This document shows, piece after piece, positions 10,013 to 20,086 of a stretch of 64,000 bases of DNA. Each line of letters begins with the position of its first letter. Position 1 is the stretch's first letter. Position numbers and translations under genes: made by a program. The notes under the pieces were generated by a model. That model made no database searches, was not told where the DNA came from, and saw only the letters and a list, made by a program, of their open reading frames with translations. Source of the DNA: Candidatus Heimdallarchaeota archaeon (GTDB lineage: Archaea > Asgardarchaeota > Heimdallarchaeia > Hodarchaeales > Hodarchaeaceae); NCBI GenBank assembly GCA_020353515.1, contig CP070695.1, positions 3,193,532-3,257,531 on the forward strand, read 5' to 3'.

Positions 10013-10234
10013 TAATTATTGAATGAAACTTCTTTTTAATCTTTCTGGTACAATTTTTGAACTTACTTTGTTGTTAAATAGATGGTATTCTAGCCATATG
10101 CTCCAGGGATGTGATTTTAGCTATCCTTGAGACAAGTTCATTCTAGCAAAGCCTTATGAAATATGAAATCAATCTACTCCTGATACAGTATGTGGGGAAA
10201 GATTTACTTTTGAGGTTCAACCAAGGAGATTTTA

Positions 10235-11677
10235 ATGATAGAAGAGACATTAGATCCCGAAAACTGGGAGGAGATGAGGGCCTTAGGACATCACATCATT
10301 GATAATATGGTTGATTATCTGAAGAATATAAGAGAACAACCAGTATGGCGACCTATTCCACCAGAAGTAAAAAAGAGGTTTCGAGGATCAATCCCTAAAG
10401 AAGGACAGGACATTTACTCAATTTATGAAGAAATAAAAGAGAAAGTGATCGCTTTTCGATTGGGAAATATTCACCCGTGTTTCTGGGGATGGGTTTTTGG
10501 CACAGGTACTCTCTATGGTGCCTATGGAGATCTGATTGCTTCAACCATGAATGCTACATCAGGAGATTTTGAACATGGTGCCAGTTATATAGAAAATCAG
10601 GTTATTGACTGGGTAAAAGAAATGCTAGGATATGATCCCCAAGCATCTGGATTGATAACCAGAGGAGCCTCTATGGCGAATATAATTGGCTTAACTGTAG
10701 CAAGGAATGTGAAAGCTGGATTTGATCTTCGAGAAGAAGGATTACAATCAGATTCCACTAAATTAACTTATTATGGCTCTGAAGAAATGCATAGTTCTCT
10801 ACAGAAAGCAGTAGAACTTCTAGGAATCGGAAATAAGAACCTTAGAAGAATCTCTGTGAATGAAAAGTTTCAAATAAATCTTGACGAGTTAAAAGAAGCG
10901 ATAGAGAGTGATAAGAAAAACTACTTACCTATATGTATCATTGGCAATCTAGGGACAGTCAATACAGGAGCAGTAGATAATCTGAATGCTCTTGCAGATA
11001 TTGCAGAACAACAAAACATGTGGTTCCATATCGATGGGGCCTTTGGGGCTTTAACAAAAGTCTCTCCAATGTCACATCACCTTGCAGATGGATTAGAACG
11101 AGCAGATTCTATTGCTTTTGATTTCCATAAGTGGATGTATGTGAATTATGCAGCTGGTTGCGTTCTTGTTAAAAGTGCAAAAGACCACTATCAAACATTT
11201 GCACTTAGTCCCGATTATTGTACACAGGGGATACGGGGGATAACTGGAGGGAAGATATGGTTCAGTGATTATGGGGTGAATATGTCAGGGGAATTCAAAG
11301 CATTAAAAATCTGGATGAGTCTAAAAGAACATGGTATAAAGAAATATGGCCGATTAGTAGAACAAAATATTCAACAAGCTAAATATTTGACAGGGCTAAT
11401 CAAAAAAGAAGAGAGTTTGGAACTTCTCGCACCTACCTCTATGAATATCGTTTGTTTTAGGTATAAGAAAGAAGGACTAGGTAAAGAAGAGCTAAACAAA
11501 TTTAATGAAGAAATTCTACTTCAAATGCATGAGAGAGGTATTGCAGTACCTTCGCATACAATATTGAGAGGAAATTTTGCAATTAGAGTGGCAATTACAA
11601 ATCACAGGAGTAAAACAGGAGATTTTGACGTCCTCATCAATGCTGTGAAAGAAATAGCCCAAGACATTAATGTTTAA
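10235..11677 (+). CDS. Group II PLP-dependent amino-acid decarboxylase (aromatic/glutamate type)
   Basis: GTVNTGAVD, WFHIDGAFG, DSIAFDFHKW (PLP lysine). Confidence 0.92.
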   Translation: MIEETLDPENWEEMRALGHHIIDNMVDYLKNIREQPVWRPIPPEVKKRFRGSIPKEGQDIYSIYEEIKEKVIAFRLGNIHPCFWGWVFGTGTLYGAYGDLIASTMNATSGDFEHGASYIENQVIDWVKEMLGYDPQASGLITRGASMANIIGLTVARNVKAGFDLREEGLQSDSTKLTYYGSEEMHSSLQKAVELLGIGNKNLRRISVNEKFQINLDELKEAIESDKKNYLPICIIGNLGTVNTGAVDNLNALADIAEQQNMWFHIDGAFGALTKVSPMSHHLADGLERADSIAFDFHKWMYVNYAAGCVLVKSAKDHYQTFALSPDYCTQGIRGITGGKIWFSDYGVNMSGEFKALKIWMSLKEHGIKKYGRLVEQNIQQAKYLTGLIKKEESLELLAPTSMNIVCFRYKKEGLGKEELNKFNEEILLQMHERGIAVPSHTILRGNFAIRVAITNHRSKTGDFDVLINAVKEIAQDINV

Positions 11678-11706
11678 GTAATTATTCTCCCAGATTTCTT
11701 TTTGTT

Positions 11707-12099
11707 TTAAAAATCGAAACCAAATTCTAGAGTTTCATTATAAAGCATTGTTGATTGGACATAGATCGAATCAGGTATTGGTTTGTCTCCTAAAGCACCT
11801 ATTTTATGTTTCAGCTTAAACATACAGGCCTCTACCAATGTAACATGATCTCCTTTTCGACTATAATTATCTTCTGAACATTTCACGAGAACTCTTTCTC
11901 CAGCTTTTAGGTCCACTGGTTCCGATCTTTTGAATGTTACAGAAATATCATGTTTCAATTCCAATAGGAATTTGGAGTCATATCTGGCCCACCCCGATTC
12001 ACTCCCATACATACAATGGATAGGCTCATCGATAATAATCCCTTGAACTATAAGCTTTTTTTCTATTGATTGTTCTCTTTTGGACATGGAATATTTCAC
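11707..12099 (-). CDS. Hypothetical protein, possibly OB-fold-like
   Basis: Intact 130-aa beta-rich ORF, convergent with the decarboxylase. Confidence 0.55.
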   Translation of the reverse strand: MKYSMSKREQSIEKKLIVQGIIIDEPIHCMYGSESGWARYDSKFLLELKHDISVTFKRSEPVDLKAGERVLVKCSEDNYSRKGDHVTLVEACMFKLKHKIGALGDKPIPDSIYVQSTMLYNETLEFGFDF

Positions 12100-12593
12100 C
12101 TTTAGAGTGGTTGTTCTATTTATTTACTGTTCTTCCCTTTTGAGGTTTTTCGTTCAGATAAAGATGAAAAAATCACTCTGGAATGTGTAATTAAATTCAA
12201 TTATCCTTAGGAGAGTGTCTGGTACCCTTTATCTAGATTTATCAAGAGATCTTGTTTTTCTTCGGATGTTATTTTCAGATAGAGTCTTGTTTTAATTTCT
12301 TGCTCATTCCCTTGGGAAACGATTTGAAGTGAAAAGCACGATTTGGAAAAATAATAAGGAATCTTCTATAAACCATGAATCTCTAGCATAAATCGGAGAA
12401 CCATGAGAAAACTCATAGAAAAGAAGAATATGAGGAAGAAAACTAATCCTTTCACGATTCGTGGAGATAATGCAAACCTTATTGTGCATCTAAAAGAGCA
12501 AAAAATATCCATTTGGCTGTTTCCACAATGAATCTTCCAACCCACAATAATGGCACCTTTTCTGATCATTAAGCAATGAAGTCCCTCATTTAT

Positions 12594-13208
12594 TTATCTA
12601 CTTTTGATTTTATATAAGTATTCATACAACCAAGCAAAAAAAATCCCCCCTAGAAGCCCGAAAAGATGGGAGATGAAGTTAGTATCTTGGCCTATTGTTA
12701 TCAGAAAGAAGATGATCAGTATATATAGCGCTTGTCGCCTTTCACGTTTGGTATTTCCCCGTACTAAGAAATAAACTATCCCTAATAATCCAAAGATTGC
12801 TCCTGATGATCCAACTGAAGTCATACGAATTGCTAGCAAGAACCAAATGAGTGATGCCACATTTCCAACAAATCCACAGAAAATAAATCCAACAATCAAA
12901 AAGGAAGAAGATTTTAATTCCTCTAGTCGGATCCCAAAGATAATCAAGAATAAAATATTTGAAACAAGATGTACAACATTCGCATGAATGAAAATTGCGC
13001 TAAACAACCGATAAATTTCCCCTTGTAAGACTTTGTCATTCTCCCCTAATAGCTGCAAAACTTCTGGAGATTGTCTTAGAAGATCATAAGGAAAAAGTAC
13101 CATTCCTGCAATATATATTAAAATCAATGAAATTACTAAGAATATTGTCCCTGGAATAGGTGGTATATTCTCTGAATAGCTATCCGGCATTCTATTTTTA
13201 GGAGTCAT
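12594..13208 (-). CDS. Rhomboid-family intramembrane serine protease
   Basis: YRLFSAIFIHANVVHLVSN, GSSGAIFG, SHLFGLLGG. Confidence 0.93.
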   Translation of the reverse strand: MTPKNRMPDSYSENIPPIPGTIFLVISLILIYIAGMVLFPYDLLRQSPEVLQLLGENDKVLQGEIYRLFSAIFIHANVVHLVSNILFLIIFGIRLEELKSSSFLIVGFIFCGFVGNVASLIWFLLAIRMTSVGSSGAIFGLLGIVYFLVRGNTKRERRQALYILIIFFLITIGQDTNFISHLFGLLGGIFFAWLYEYLYKIKSR

Positions 13209-13220
13209 ATAATCATCTAT

Positions 13221-13430
13221 TTACTCCAGTAGATTATAAATAATAGCAGCACTCGAATTATTAAGCATATGGGCTCCTGAAATTACCCAGATATTGCGAG
13301 TACGGTACCACACATACCCATACAACATGCTAGAATAAAAAATCAACATCAAAGAAAACGAACCCAGAGATATTCCACTTCCTAAGATGTGTGAGGGAAT
13401 ATGACTAATTGTGAATAGTAATGCCATCAA
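13221..13430 (-). pseudogene. 3' fragment of a CPBP (Abi/CAAX protease) family gene
   Basis: LLFTISH...YGYVWYRTRNIWVISGAHMLNN. The N-terminal part with the EExxxR motif is missing. Confidence 0.75.
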
Positions 13431-13442
13431 TACAATCCCTCG

Positions 13443-13997
13443 TTGGTTACCAAACCGTCTTTCCAGAACAAAAAAAATACTAGATTAGTACTATTTTTAA
13501 TATTTCTCGTTCTGACATTGGTCCCCATGGTTTCAGTAACAGCTAAGAAACCTCTGAGAGGTGATATGGTCTTAGACTTTGATTTCGCTCTCCACCCTGA
13601 AGGTGGAATAACTTGGCAAGGAACAATAGATTTTGGAAACGGTAAAGTATATGATATGCGATTCATCTCTACTGGCGCAGGGACTCCTCGTGGTGACTTA
13701 CCAACAGATAAAGCTGGCCATTTTGGTGAAATTTGGGAAATTTACGAGTTAGGTGAAATGGGAGATCCCACGAAGTTCCTCATGTGGGGCTATGACAAAG
13801 GTGTAACTAATCAAAAAAAGGATTTGACATAGCCATATCGGATGAACGGTAATGTAGAATATGCTTCAGGCTGGGTATCACAGTATCAAGGTCGGAATGT
13901 GCATATGAGTAGAATTTCAACGTGGTTTTCTCTACCTCTACCTAATGATCCCTTCCTTATAGAAGGGGAAGCACCAGGTACATTTCGAATAAATTAA
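13443..13997 (+). pseudogene. Secreted beta-rich protein gene interrupted by one in-frame TAG (13830-13832)
   Basis: The frame continues past TAG: KKDLT*PYRMNGNVEYA...GRNVHMS...APGTFRIN-TAA. Confidence 0.7.
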
Positions 13998-14009
13998 TAG
14001 TGGATTTAA

Positions 14010-14051
14010 GAGGGATTCTTGCTTTCACCCAAGAACCCTCCTCTTTTTTTT
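14010..14051 (+). terminator. Hairpin plus T-tract terminator
   Basis: GAGGGATTCTTG / CAAGAACCCTC stem followed by a T run. Confidence 0.65.
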
Positions 14052-14320
14052 AATAAAATTCAAAGAGCCGAGAAAAATTCGATGATAACCAATAATCTTT
14101 AACCTTATTTATCCTGACAAGAAATAAACATTGTTTATAGTTCATCTCGGGTTTTCTTCCAAACAATAGAAGAAAAAGAGAGGCTGGGTAGAAAAATCTT
14201 AACATGGTACTGATTGTTCATCCCCAATCCACTTGCGCATTCGGCGGAGGGCTCAATCGCGTCTGACAACTATTGAGACAAAAACGACGCAATATTTTCC
14301 CTTATCTCCTGCTTTCATCA
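14050..14320 (-). pseudogene. Remnant duplicate of the acyl-CoA reductase 3' end plus the Cys-rich gene 5' end
   Basis: Minus strand reads KQEIRE...DAIEP/LRRMRKWIGDEQ, then MNYKQCLFLVRINK. Compare KQQIRD...DAIEPLHRMCKWIMDEK and MIFKSCLYLVKSNE at 16270-16520. Confidence 0.75.
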
Positions 14321-14408
14321 AATGATCGAAAAACTAGTACAGAATGTTCTAAAACCTAGGCTATTAAACTCACTCTTCTTTTGCATAATTGTCCTTTTGG
14401 AGGCTATC

Positions 14409-16013
14409 ATGGTTATTATCTATAAAAATAAATCTTTTTTGTTGGTTTTTCAGATTTTCCTCCTCATCGGTTTACTCCCCTTAAGTAACGTCTTTAGTAT
14501 AGATGAACATACGTCCCATGCTCAATATAGTCAAAGACAAACTAGAACTAAATTATTAGATTTCAAAGGATGCAGTGTGTTAAAGCATTCTAATCGTGAT
14601 CGGCAAAACCATGAGCTCTTAACTTCTCAAAATACGCAAAAAGTGTCTAAGAACATGGATACGCACGAAGTTGGCTATCAACGAACCTTCTGGATCTGGG
14701 ATTTCGAAGATTTATCTCACTATGAAATAAATGCGACAATACTTGCAGTAGGCGAGTATAGTTATATTTTCATGGAAAATGTTTGTATATCAGACCTAGG
14801 AGAATCATTTGCGATTGAATATTCCGAGTCCATACGTGACGAATTTGATAGCACAATTTTTCCTCGAGTTACTGATTTGGCTGGACATCCCAATGGAACA
14901 TTAGGAGATATTGATAATGATCCTAGAATTATTATTCTACTCGCTCGGGAATTGGTATCTTACTATTCCCAGAGAAACGAACAGGAATTGGAGTATTCGA
15001 ACCAATGTGAGATGTTTTATATCTACTATAGATTGTTTCAATGGCCTTACCGTGTTTTTCAGGCAATTGCACATGAATTTCACCACTTAATATGGTTTAA
15101 CAACGAAATGGATGAACCTCAATTCATCCTAGAGGCATTAGCAGAATATGCCATGTATCATAGTGGGTACCTAGCGCCTTTTGGCAACATCAGCTCACGA
15201 ACCAATGATTTCCTTTCACATCCGGAAGATTCTCTTCTGCATTTTAATATTGATAGTGAGGAAGGATTAACTAGAGCTATTGATTACGGAGGTGGCTATT
15301 TATTTGCTTGCTATATCGCTGAACACTACGGAGTGGATATCCTCCGAAACCTGATAACTGAATCGGCTGATGGGCCTATAGGACTTGAAAACGTTCTAGA
15401 AATGGCTGGTTATAATATCTCTTTTAATGAGCTTTATCTTGATTGGATCACAGCTGTGACAATTAATGAGTTAGGATTTAGTGATAACCTCTACGGCTTT
15501 GAGAATCTAAACGCCCGAATTTCTAGATATGATCTTGTTCACGAACTTCCCCTTGTCAATGAAACTATTCCACTTCGCTATTATGGGTTCCACATTTATA
15601 AATTGGAATCCCCACCTAATAATTTCGCAGTGAAAATTAACAAAGCCTCATATCAGACATTAGGTGTCTCCATTGCTTTTCATGACACCGCTGGTTGGCA
15701 TATTCACCAATATCTTCATGATGAAAGGGAGATTCAGGTCACTGATCACCTTCAAGGAAATTCAATTGATGTAGCATATGTAATAACAAGTTTTATATCA
15801 GGGAATACCCCCATTGTAACCCGTCCTAATTATGGACTTGGACCATTGATAGACATTGAGATCTCTATAATCCAGACACCTACTCAAACTAATACTACTA
15901 CACATCAGACTTCCAAAAGTACTACAACAGATGTTTCTACTGGTTTGAATGGAGTAATAGTATTAATTACCTTTGCTACTGTTTTGATTATTCTTCTAAA
16001 GAGCAGAGATTAA
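14409..16013 (+). CDS. Secreted zinc metallopeptidase (M30/hyicolysin-like) with C-terminal anchor
   Basis: GDIDNDPRIIIL, AHEFHHLI (HExxH), EALAEYA, DYGGGYLF, T-rich linker plus TM. Likely start ATG 14409 (ORF track gives 14322). Confidence 0.8.
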   Translation: MVIIYKNKSFLLVFQIFLLIGLLPLSNVFSIDEHTSHAQYSQRQTRTKLLDFKGCSVLKHSNRDRQNHELLTSQNTQKVSKNMDTHEVGYQRTFWIWDFEDLSHYEINATILAVGEYSYIFMENVCISDLGESFAIEYSESIRDEFDSTIFPRVTDLAGHPNGTLGDIDNDPRIIILLARELVSYYSQRNEQELEYSNQCEMFYIYYRLFQWPYRVFQAIAHEFHHLIWFNNEMDEPQFILEALAEYAMYHSGYLAPFGNISSRTNDFLSHPEDSLLHFNIDSEEGLTRAIDYGGGYLFACYIAEHYGVDILRNLITESADGPIGLENVLEMAGYNISFNELYLDWITAVTINELGFSDNLYGFENLNARISRYDLVHELPLVNETIPLRYYGFHIYKLESPPNNFAVKINKASYQTLGVSIAFHDTAGWHIHQYLHDEREIQVTDHLQGNSIDVAYVITSFISGNTPIVTRPNYGLGPLIDIEISIIQTPTQTNTTTHQTSKSTTTDVSTGLNGVIVLITFATVLIILLKSRD

Positions 16014-16035
16014 TCTATTCCTGAATAAATTACTA

Positions 16036-16341
16036 CTACTCATCAAAATAATGCTGCCAAAAATAGCAGGGTTTACACAAAGGGTTTTCCTGGGGATAAA
16101 GAGTACAATAATAAGTTGGAATTCTAGTTTCAGCTATTTGTCGTGTGAAATAATTACATGCAATGTCATACCCACTCTCTTCCACTTCTCTAAACCTCCC
16201 TTCCTCACCTCTAACGAAATAATTGCATCGAATAGAACAAGGATTTAGCTTATTGATCCAATATTTAAATTTAAGGCGGTATCCTGTTTTCTCATTTGAC
16301 TTAACAAGGTACAGACACGATTTAAAGATCATTTTCCTCAT
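16036..16341 (-). CDS. Small Cys-rich hypothetical protein
   Basis: MRKMIFKSCL...CSIRC...C...YCTLYP...LCKPC. Start placed at 16341, downstream of the reductase stop. Confidence 0.6.
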   Translation of the reverse strand: MRKMIFKSCLYLVKSNEKTGYRLKFKYWINKLNPCSIRCNYFVRGEEGRFREVEESGYDIACNYFTRQIAETRIPTYYCTLYPQENPLCKPCYFWQHYFDE

Positions 16342-16360
16342 GTCTAGGAGGAAAGAGTTT

Positions 16361-16960
16361 CTAATATGATATGGATTTTTCATCCATAATCCACTTGCAC
16401 ATCCGGTGAAGGGGTTCGATCGCGTCTTGTGGAGTGGTGAAACTTCCATTGGGTGCAAATCCTAGAGATACAATTCTTTGGACACCGTGGAGGATTAATT
16501 CATCTCTGATTTGTTGCTTTAAAGACTCAGGGTAGATTCCAACGATCTGGGTGTAAGCATTTACTGATTGGAGTGCAGTTCGGACATCATCAATTGGTAC
16601 GAGATTTACCACTCGACCGCAGAGTTGATCTGAGAAATCTACAGGTTCATCCATCTGACTGACAATCACAGCTCCTTCGTTTTCGTGACCCCCAAATACC
16701 CGATAAAACATATCATCCTTTCGAAGGCCATCGATGTTACTTTTGAGATCTACGTCGAATTCTTTCGCAGGAGTGGAGACATGACTGGGAAGGTTTACTA
16801 ACGCGTAGTATAGGTAAGCTTCTAATTCATTCAATTTATCAATCCCCATATCGTCTGTTCCTGACTACATAGATCACTCGACTATTCACACAGGCTTCTT
16901 GATTGGATTCCCCAATATCAATCGCTACTCGTTGTGCAACTGTCCGCATCGTCTCCTCAT
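16361..16960 (-). pseudogene. Long-chain acyl-CoA reductase (LuxC-family) pseudogene, 3' part only
   Basis: ORF 16361..16849 (TQIVGIYP, HGVQRIVSLG, QDAIEPLHRMCKW) plus frameshifted upstream pieces VAIDIG / NQEACVNSRVIYV / SGTDDMG. The N-terminal half is absent. Confidence 0.85.
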
Positions 16961-17281
16961 TTTGGAACCATAGCGATAATGTTGTTCAAAACACATGATC
17001 ATTATCAAAGAATTTTTTGATCCAATTGTGTATCTTTTTTTGATTCTTCTCTTTTGATGAAGAATTTTCAGGCTTGTTTATTGAGTTTCACCTCGTTACC
17101 GATGGATAAAGCAAAAGATTAGTGATCTCCTAACGACAGATACGAATTAAAAGGATGATATAAAGATTTCTTCTTTAATATGAAAAATCTTAAATATTTC
17201 CACCTTTTTTTAGAACATGAGATATAGGTAGCGAGAGAATCCCATTATATTTCTATTCCCTTTTCAAGAGTATGACAAATA

Positions 17282-17893
17282 ATGCCCAAGTCTTCCCTTA
17301 GAGCGAAAATATTATTGATCGGAGATGGTGGAGTGGGGAAAAGTTCATTTCGTCGGGCTTGGCTTGGTGAAACCTTTCGCACCCAGTATATTATGACTCT
17401 TGGGGCGGATTTTGCAGCTAAAGAGATTACTCAATTCTACCCTCCAACAAATACCTATTTTACAATTAAATACCAAATTTGGGATCTTGCAGGCCAACCT
17501 AGGTTTAAAGTTGTTAGCGACCTTTATTACCGAGGTGCGGTCGGTGCTCTTTGTTTTTTTGACATCACAGATCAAGGTTCCTTTACAAATCTCATGGAAT
17601 GGATTAATTCTTATTGGAATCTAAATGGTCAGGGTAAACGACCTCTTTTAATCATAGGGGCAAAGAGTGATCTTCGGAAAAGTCCTAATTTTCCAAATCA
17701 AGTATCCTCTCAACATGGTTTAGAACTAGCAGACAGACTCACAAAAAGTGTCCAAACTGACCACAAATTTAGTATCTATTATGTTGAAACTTCAGCTAAA
17801 GAAAACATCAATGTAGAGAAAGCCTTTCAACTATTAGGAACTGAAGTTATCAAACTATACTATCAAATGATAACACCTATCTTTCAAAAATGA
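17282..17893 (+). CDS. Rab-like small GTPase
   Basis: GDGGVGKS, TLGADF, QIWDLAGQPRF, YYRGAVGA, GAKSDL, ETSAK. Confidence 0.95.
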   Translation: MPKSSLRAKILLIGDGGVGKSSFRRAWLGETFRTQYIMTLGADFAAKEITQFYPPTNTYFTIKYQIWDLAGQPRFKVVSDLYYRGAVGALCFFDITDQGSFTNLMEWINSYWNLNGQGKRPLLIIGAKSDLRKSPNFPNQVSSQHGLELADRLTKSVQTDHKFSIYYVETSAKENINVEKAFQLLGTEVIKLYYQMITPIFQK

Positions 17894-18062
17894 GTCTACT
17901 CTTACTTCGCAATCACTCAAAAAGTCATATTGTTATTTCTAAGTGTGTAACATCCTGCAGATATTTTTCTGTAGTTGATTTATTTATTTTTTTTACCCCT
18001 AACTTTCCTATAAAATCACCTAGAGAGTTTTTCTTTAAGAGAAAGGTATATCAATAAGATTG

Positions 18063-18093
18063 AATATTAGTCTATTTGAAATAGATAAATATT
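18063..18093. promoter_or_regulatory. Palindromic operator upstream of the wHTH regulator
   Basis: AATATTAGTCTATTT-G-AAATAGATAAATATT (13/15 arm match), between a BRE/TATA-like GAAAGGTATAT and ATG 18108. Confidence 0.6.
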
Positions 18094-18107
18094 GAAAAGT
18101 GTTCTAA

Positions 18108-18746
18108 ATGTCAGTTTGGAGATTAGATTATTCATCGTTCCAACAACTCTTTGCAAATGAATACAGTCTTAAAATTTTAGCTCTAATCTTTCAAAGGAAA
18201 AACAAAATTTGCGCTGCTGACATCTCCAAGCTTTTAGACATTCATATTAGCACAGCAAAGAAGTATCTCGACCTGCTAGCGAAGAACAATATTCTAAAGA
18301 GTGAACAATATCTTCATAAACCTGGGAAGCCGACTTTCTATTCTCTTCTGGTGGATAGAATCGATATTTCTCTCGATTTGTCTCAGATTTCCGAAACAAT
18401 GGATGTACCCCCTGTTGCAGAGAATATTCCTAATCCACTGATTCGAGAGGATATTAATTCACCCCCGAGAGTCCAGTTTCACTTTGATAACAAAGATATG
18501 GTAACAGAAATATCTGTTAAGGTACGAACTAAGGCAAAAAAAACAATTGCCCATAAAATCATATTAAATGAAACAGAAAGTCAGTTCATGAAGTACATCC
18601 CTCACCCCACTATGGAACCAGAATCATTCTTTGATATTTGTACAAAAGCTGGTATTTCTGACTATTATTCAATCAAAGAGGCATATCTCTTTGCTGAAAA
18701 ACTTATGAAATATGATATTATCCACTTTTCGCATAGTAGCCATTAA
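18108..18746 (+). CDS. ArsR-like winged-HTH transcriptional regulator
   Basis: AADISKLLDIHISTAKKYLDLL...PGKPTFYSL. Confidence 0.8.
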   Translation: MSVWRLDYSSFQQLFANEYSLKILALIFQRKNKICAADISKLLDIHISTAKKYLDLLAKNNILKSEQYLHKPGKPTFYSLLVDRIDISLDLSQISETMDVPPVAENIPNPLIREDINSPPRVQFHFDNKDMVTEISVKVRTKAKKTIAHKIILNETESQFMKYIPHPTMEPESFFDICTKAGISDYYSIKEAYLFAEKLMKYDIIHFSHSSH

Positions 18747-18758
18747 ACCTTTATCCCA

Positions 18759-19763
18759 TTGGTGTTAAACGTGAATGAAACAAAACAACTAATGATTAAA
18801 CGATTTGAAAAATTCCAAAGCAAATTTCGGAAACAATCCTATGTTTCGATTTCTGTTTGGATTTTAATTATTGCAGTATTAACGATTATAATATTCAGTA
18901 ACCAATTATATGGTAACTTTTCACCTCTTCGAGGATTAATCATGTCGTTCTTTTACGCAATAGTATTAGTCAGTCTCTATATCAATATCCCATTTTTAAT
19001 AATACTGATTATCATATATCTGAGAGCGAGAAGCCAAAATTATTTGTTTCAACTTATTCCGAATTTTGGTTTACAAGTTCTGATCGTTCTAGCAGCATTA
19101 TCAAATTTCATTCAGCTCATTGAGACTGATCCATTAATGCCATTTTACATCATTTTTCTGCTTGTTCTAGTATTCTTAGAAATGATATTCCTCTATTGGT
19201 ATGTTCGTGGTGTGCGAGAGAACCGAAAACCAATTTTCTTTTGGACTTTTTACCAGGATTCACTTGCAGCCTATTCTTCAACGGTACTATCCCGTCATGC
19301 CCTTGAAATTAGTGAAGAGGAGGATGGTTATTCCCAACGACCGTTCTTCTTGTCATTTTCGGAACTTGGGGAATATTTCAAAGAAACAGAATTTATGAAG
19401 GATAAGATACGAGAATATGCATCATTTTTAACTGAAAAAAGTGAGTTAATTGGTTGGGACATCTCTGAAAATCAAATCGTTCTATACCCTCGTGTTTTAT
19501 TGGGTAAATATAGTCCTGGGATTGGTTTAACTTTCCTTTGGCGTTTAATGATCAGGGTGTTAAAGAAAAACTTAACCTACATTCGGATTGATTTTGATTC
19601 TCAGGAAATCAGTTTAAAAGTAGCTGAAGAAGATTATCACCTGTTAAGTGACGTAACATATCACTTACTGGGATTTCAAGTGTTAAACCACTTCAAAAGC
19701 TCAATTCTTGCCTTCATCACTGGAAATAGAGAAGAAGCTTACTCAACATTATTCCCTGCTTGA
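18759..19763 (+). CDS. Hypothetical membrane protein (4 TM plus soluble C-terminal domain)
   Basis: Hydropathy. Co-oriented with the regulator, 12 bp downstream. Confidence 0.75.
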   Translation: MVLNVNETKQLMIKRFEKFQSKFRKQSYVSISVWILIIAVLTIIIFSNQLYGNFSPLRGLIMSFFYAIVLVSLYINIPFLIILIIIYLRARSQNYLFQLIPNFGLQVLIVLAALSNFIQLIETDPLMPFYIIFLLVLVFLEMIFLYWYVRGVRENRKPIFFWTFYQDSLAAYSSTVLSRHALEISEEEDGYSQRPFFLSFSELGEYFKETEFMKDKIREYASFLTEKSELIGWDISENQIVLYPRVLLGKYSPGIGLTFLWRLMIRVLKKNLTYIRIDFDSQEISLKVAEEDYHLLSDVTYHLLGFQVLNHFKSSILAFITGNREEAYSTLFPA

Positions 19764-20058
19764 ATTACAAGCCTCCTCTTTAAATTCCGAACTCCAAGAC
19801 ATATGAATAAAACACCTCCAAAAGCACATATTACAACAGCATCTAGCCCTAATCCGCCAAATAAGGAAATGATGCAAGCAAACCAAAAGAATCCACCTAA
19901 TAGGAGAGCAACCCACCAAGGCATCGTCATCATGAGATCATATACAGATGTTACTGGTGAGCTCCTCGCTTTTGGAAGTTCAGATCCACATGAAACGCAA
20001 TATAAAACCTCTTCACTGTTTTTTCCCCACAAAATGCGCATAATCTTTTGGGTTCTAT
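19739..20058 (-). pseudogene. Double zinc-ribbon, two-TM protein with an apparent 1-nt frameshift in an A run
   Basis: LCAFCGEK in one frame joins NSEEVLYCVSCGSELP in the -1 frame across GGGGAAAAAAC. Confidence 0.55.
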
Positions 20059-20086
20059 CCTTAATCCTTCTATTAATCTCTTTAAT

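Noticed and set aside
12190-12569. Overlapping short ORFs 12304..12489 and 12366..12569
   Set aside because: No consistent frame or motif, so they cannot be called as genes.
16361-16960. Bioluminescence (lux) locus
   Set aside because: Only a decayed LuxC-family reductase fragment. No luxA/B/D/E.
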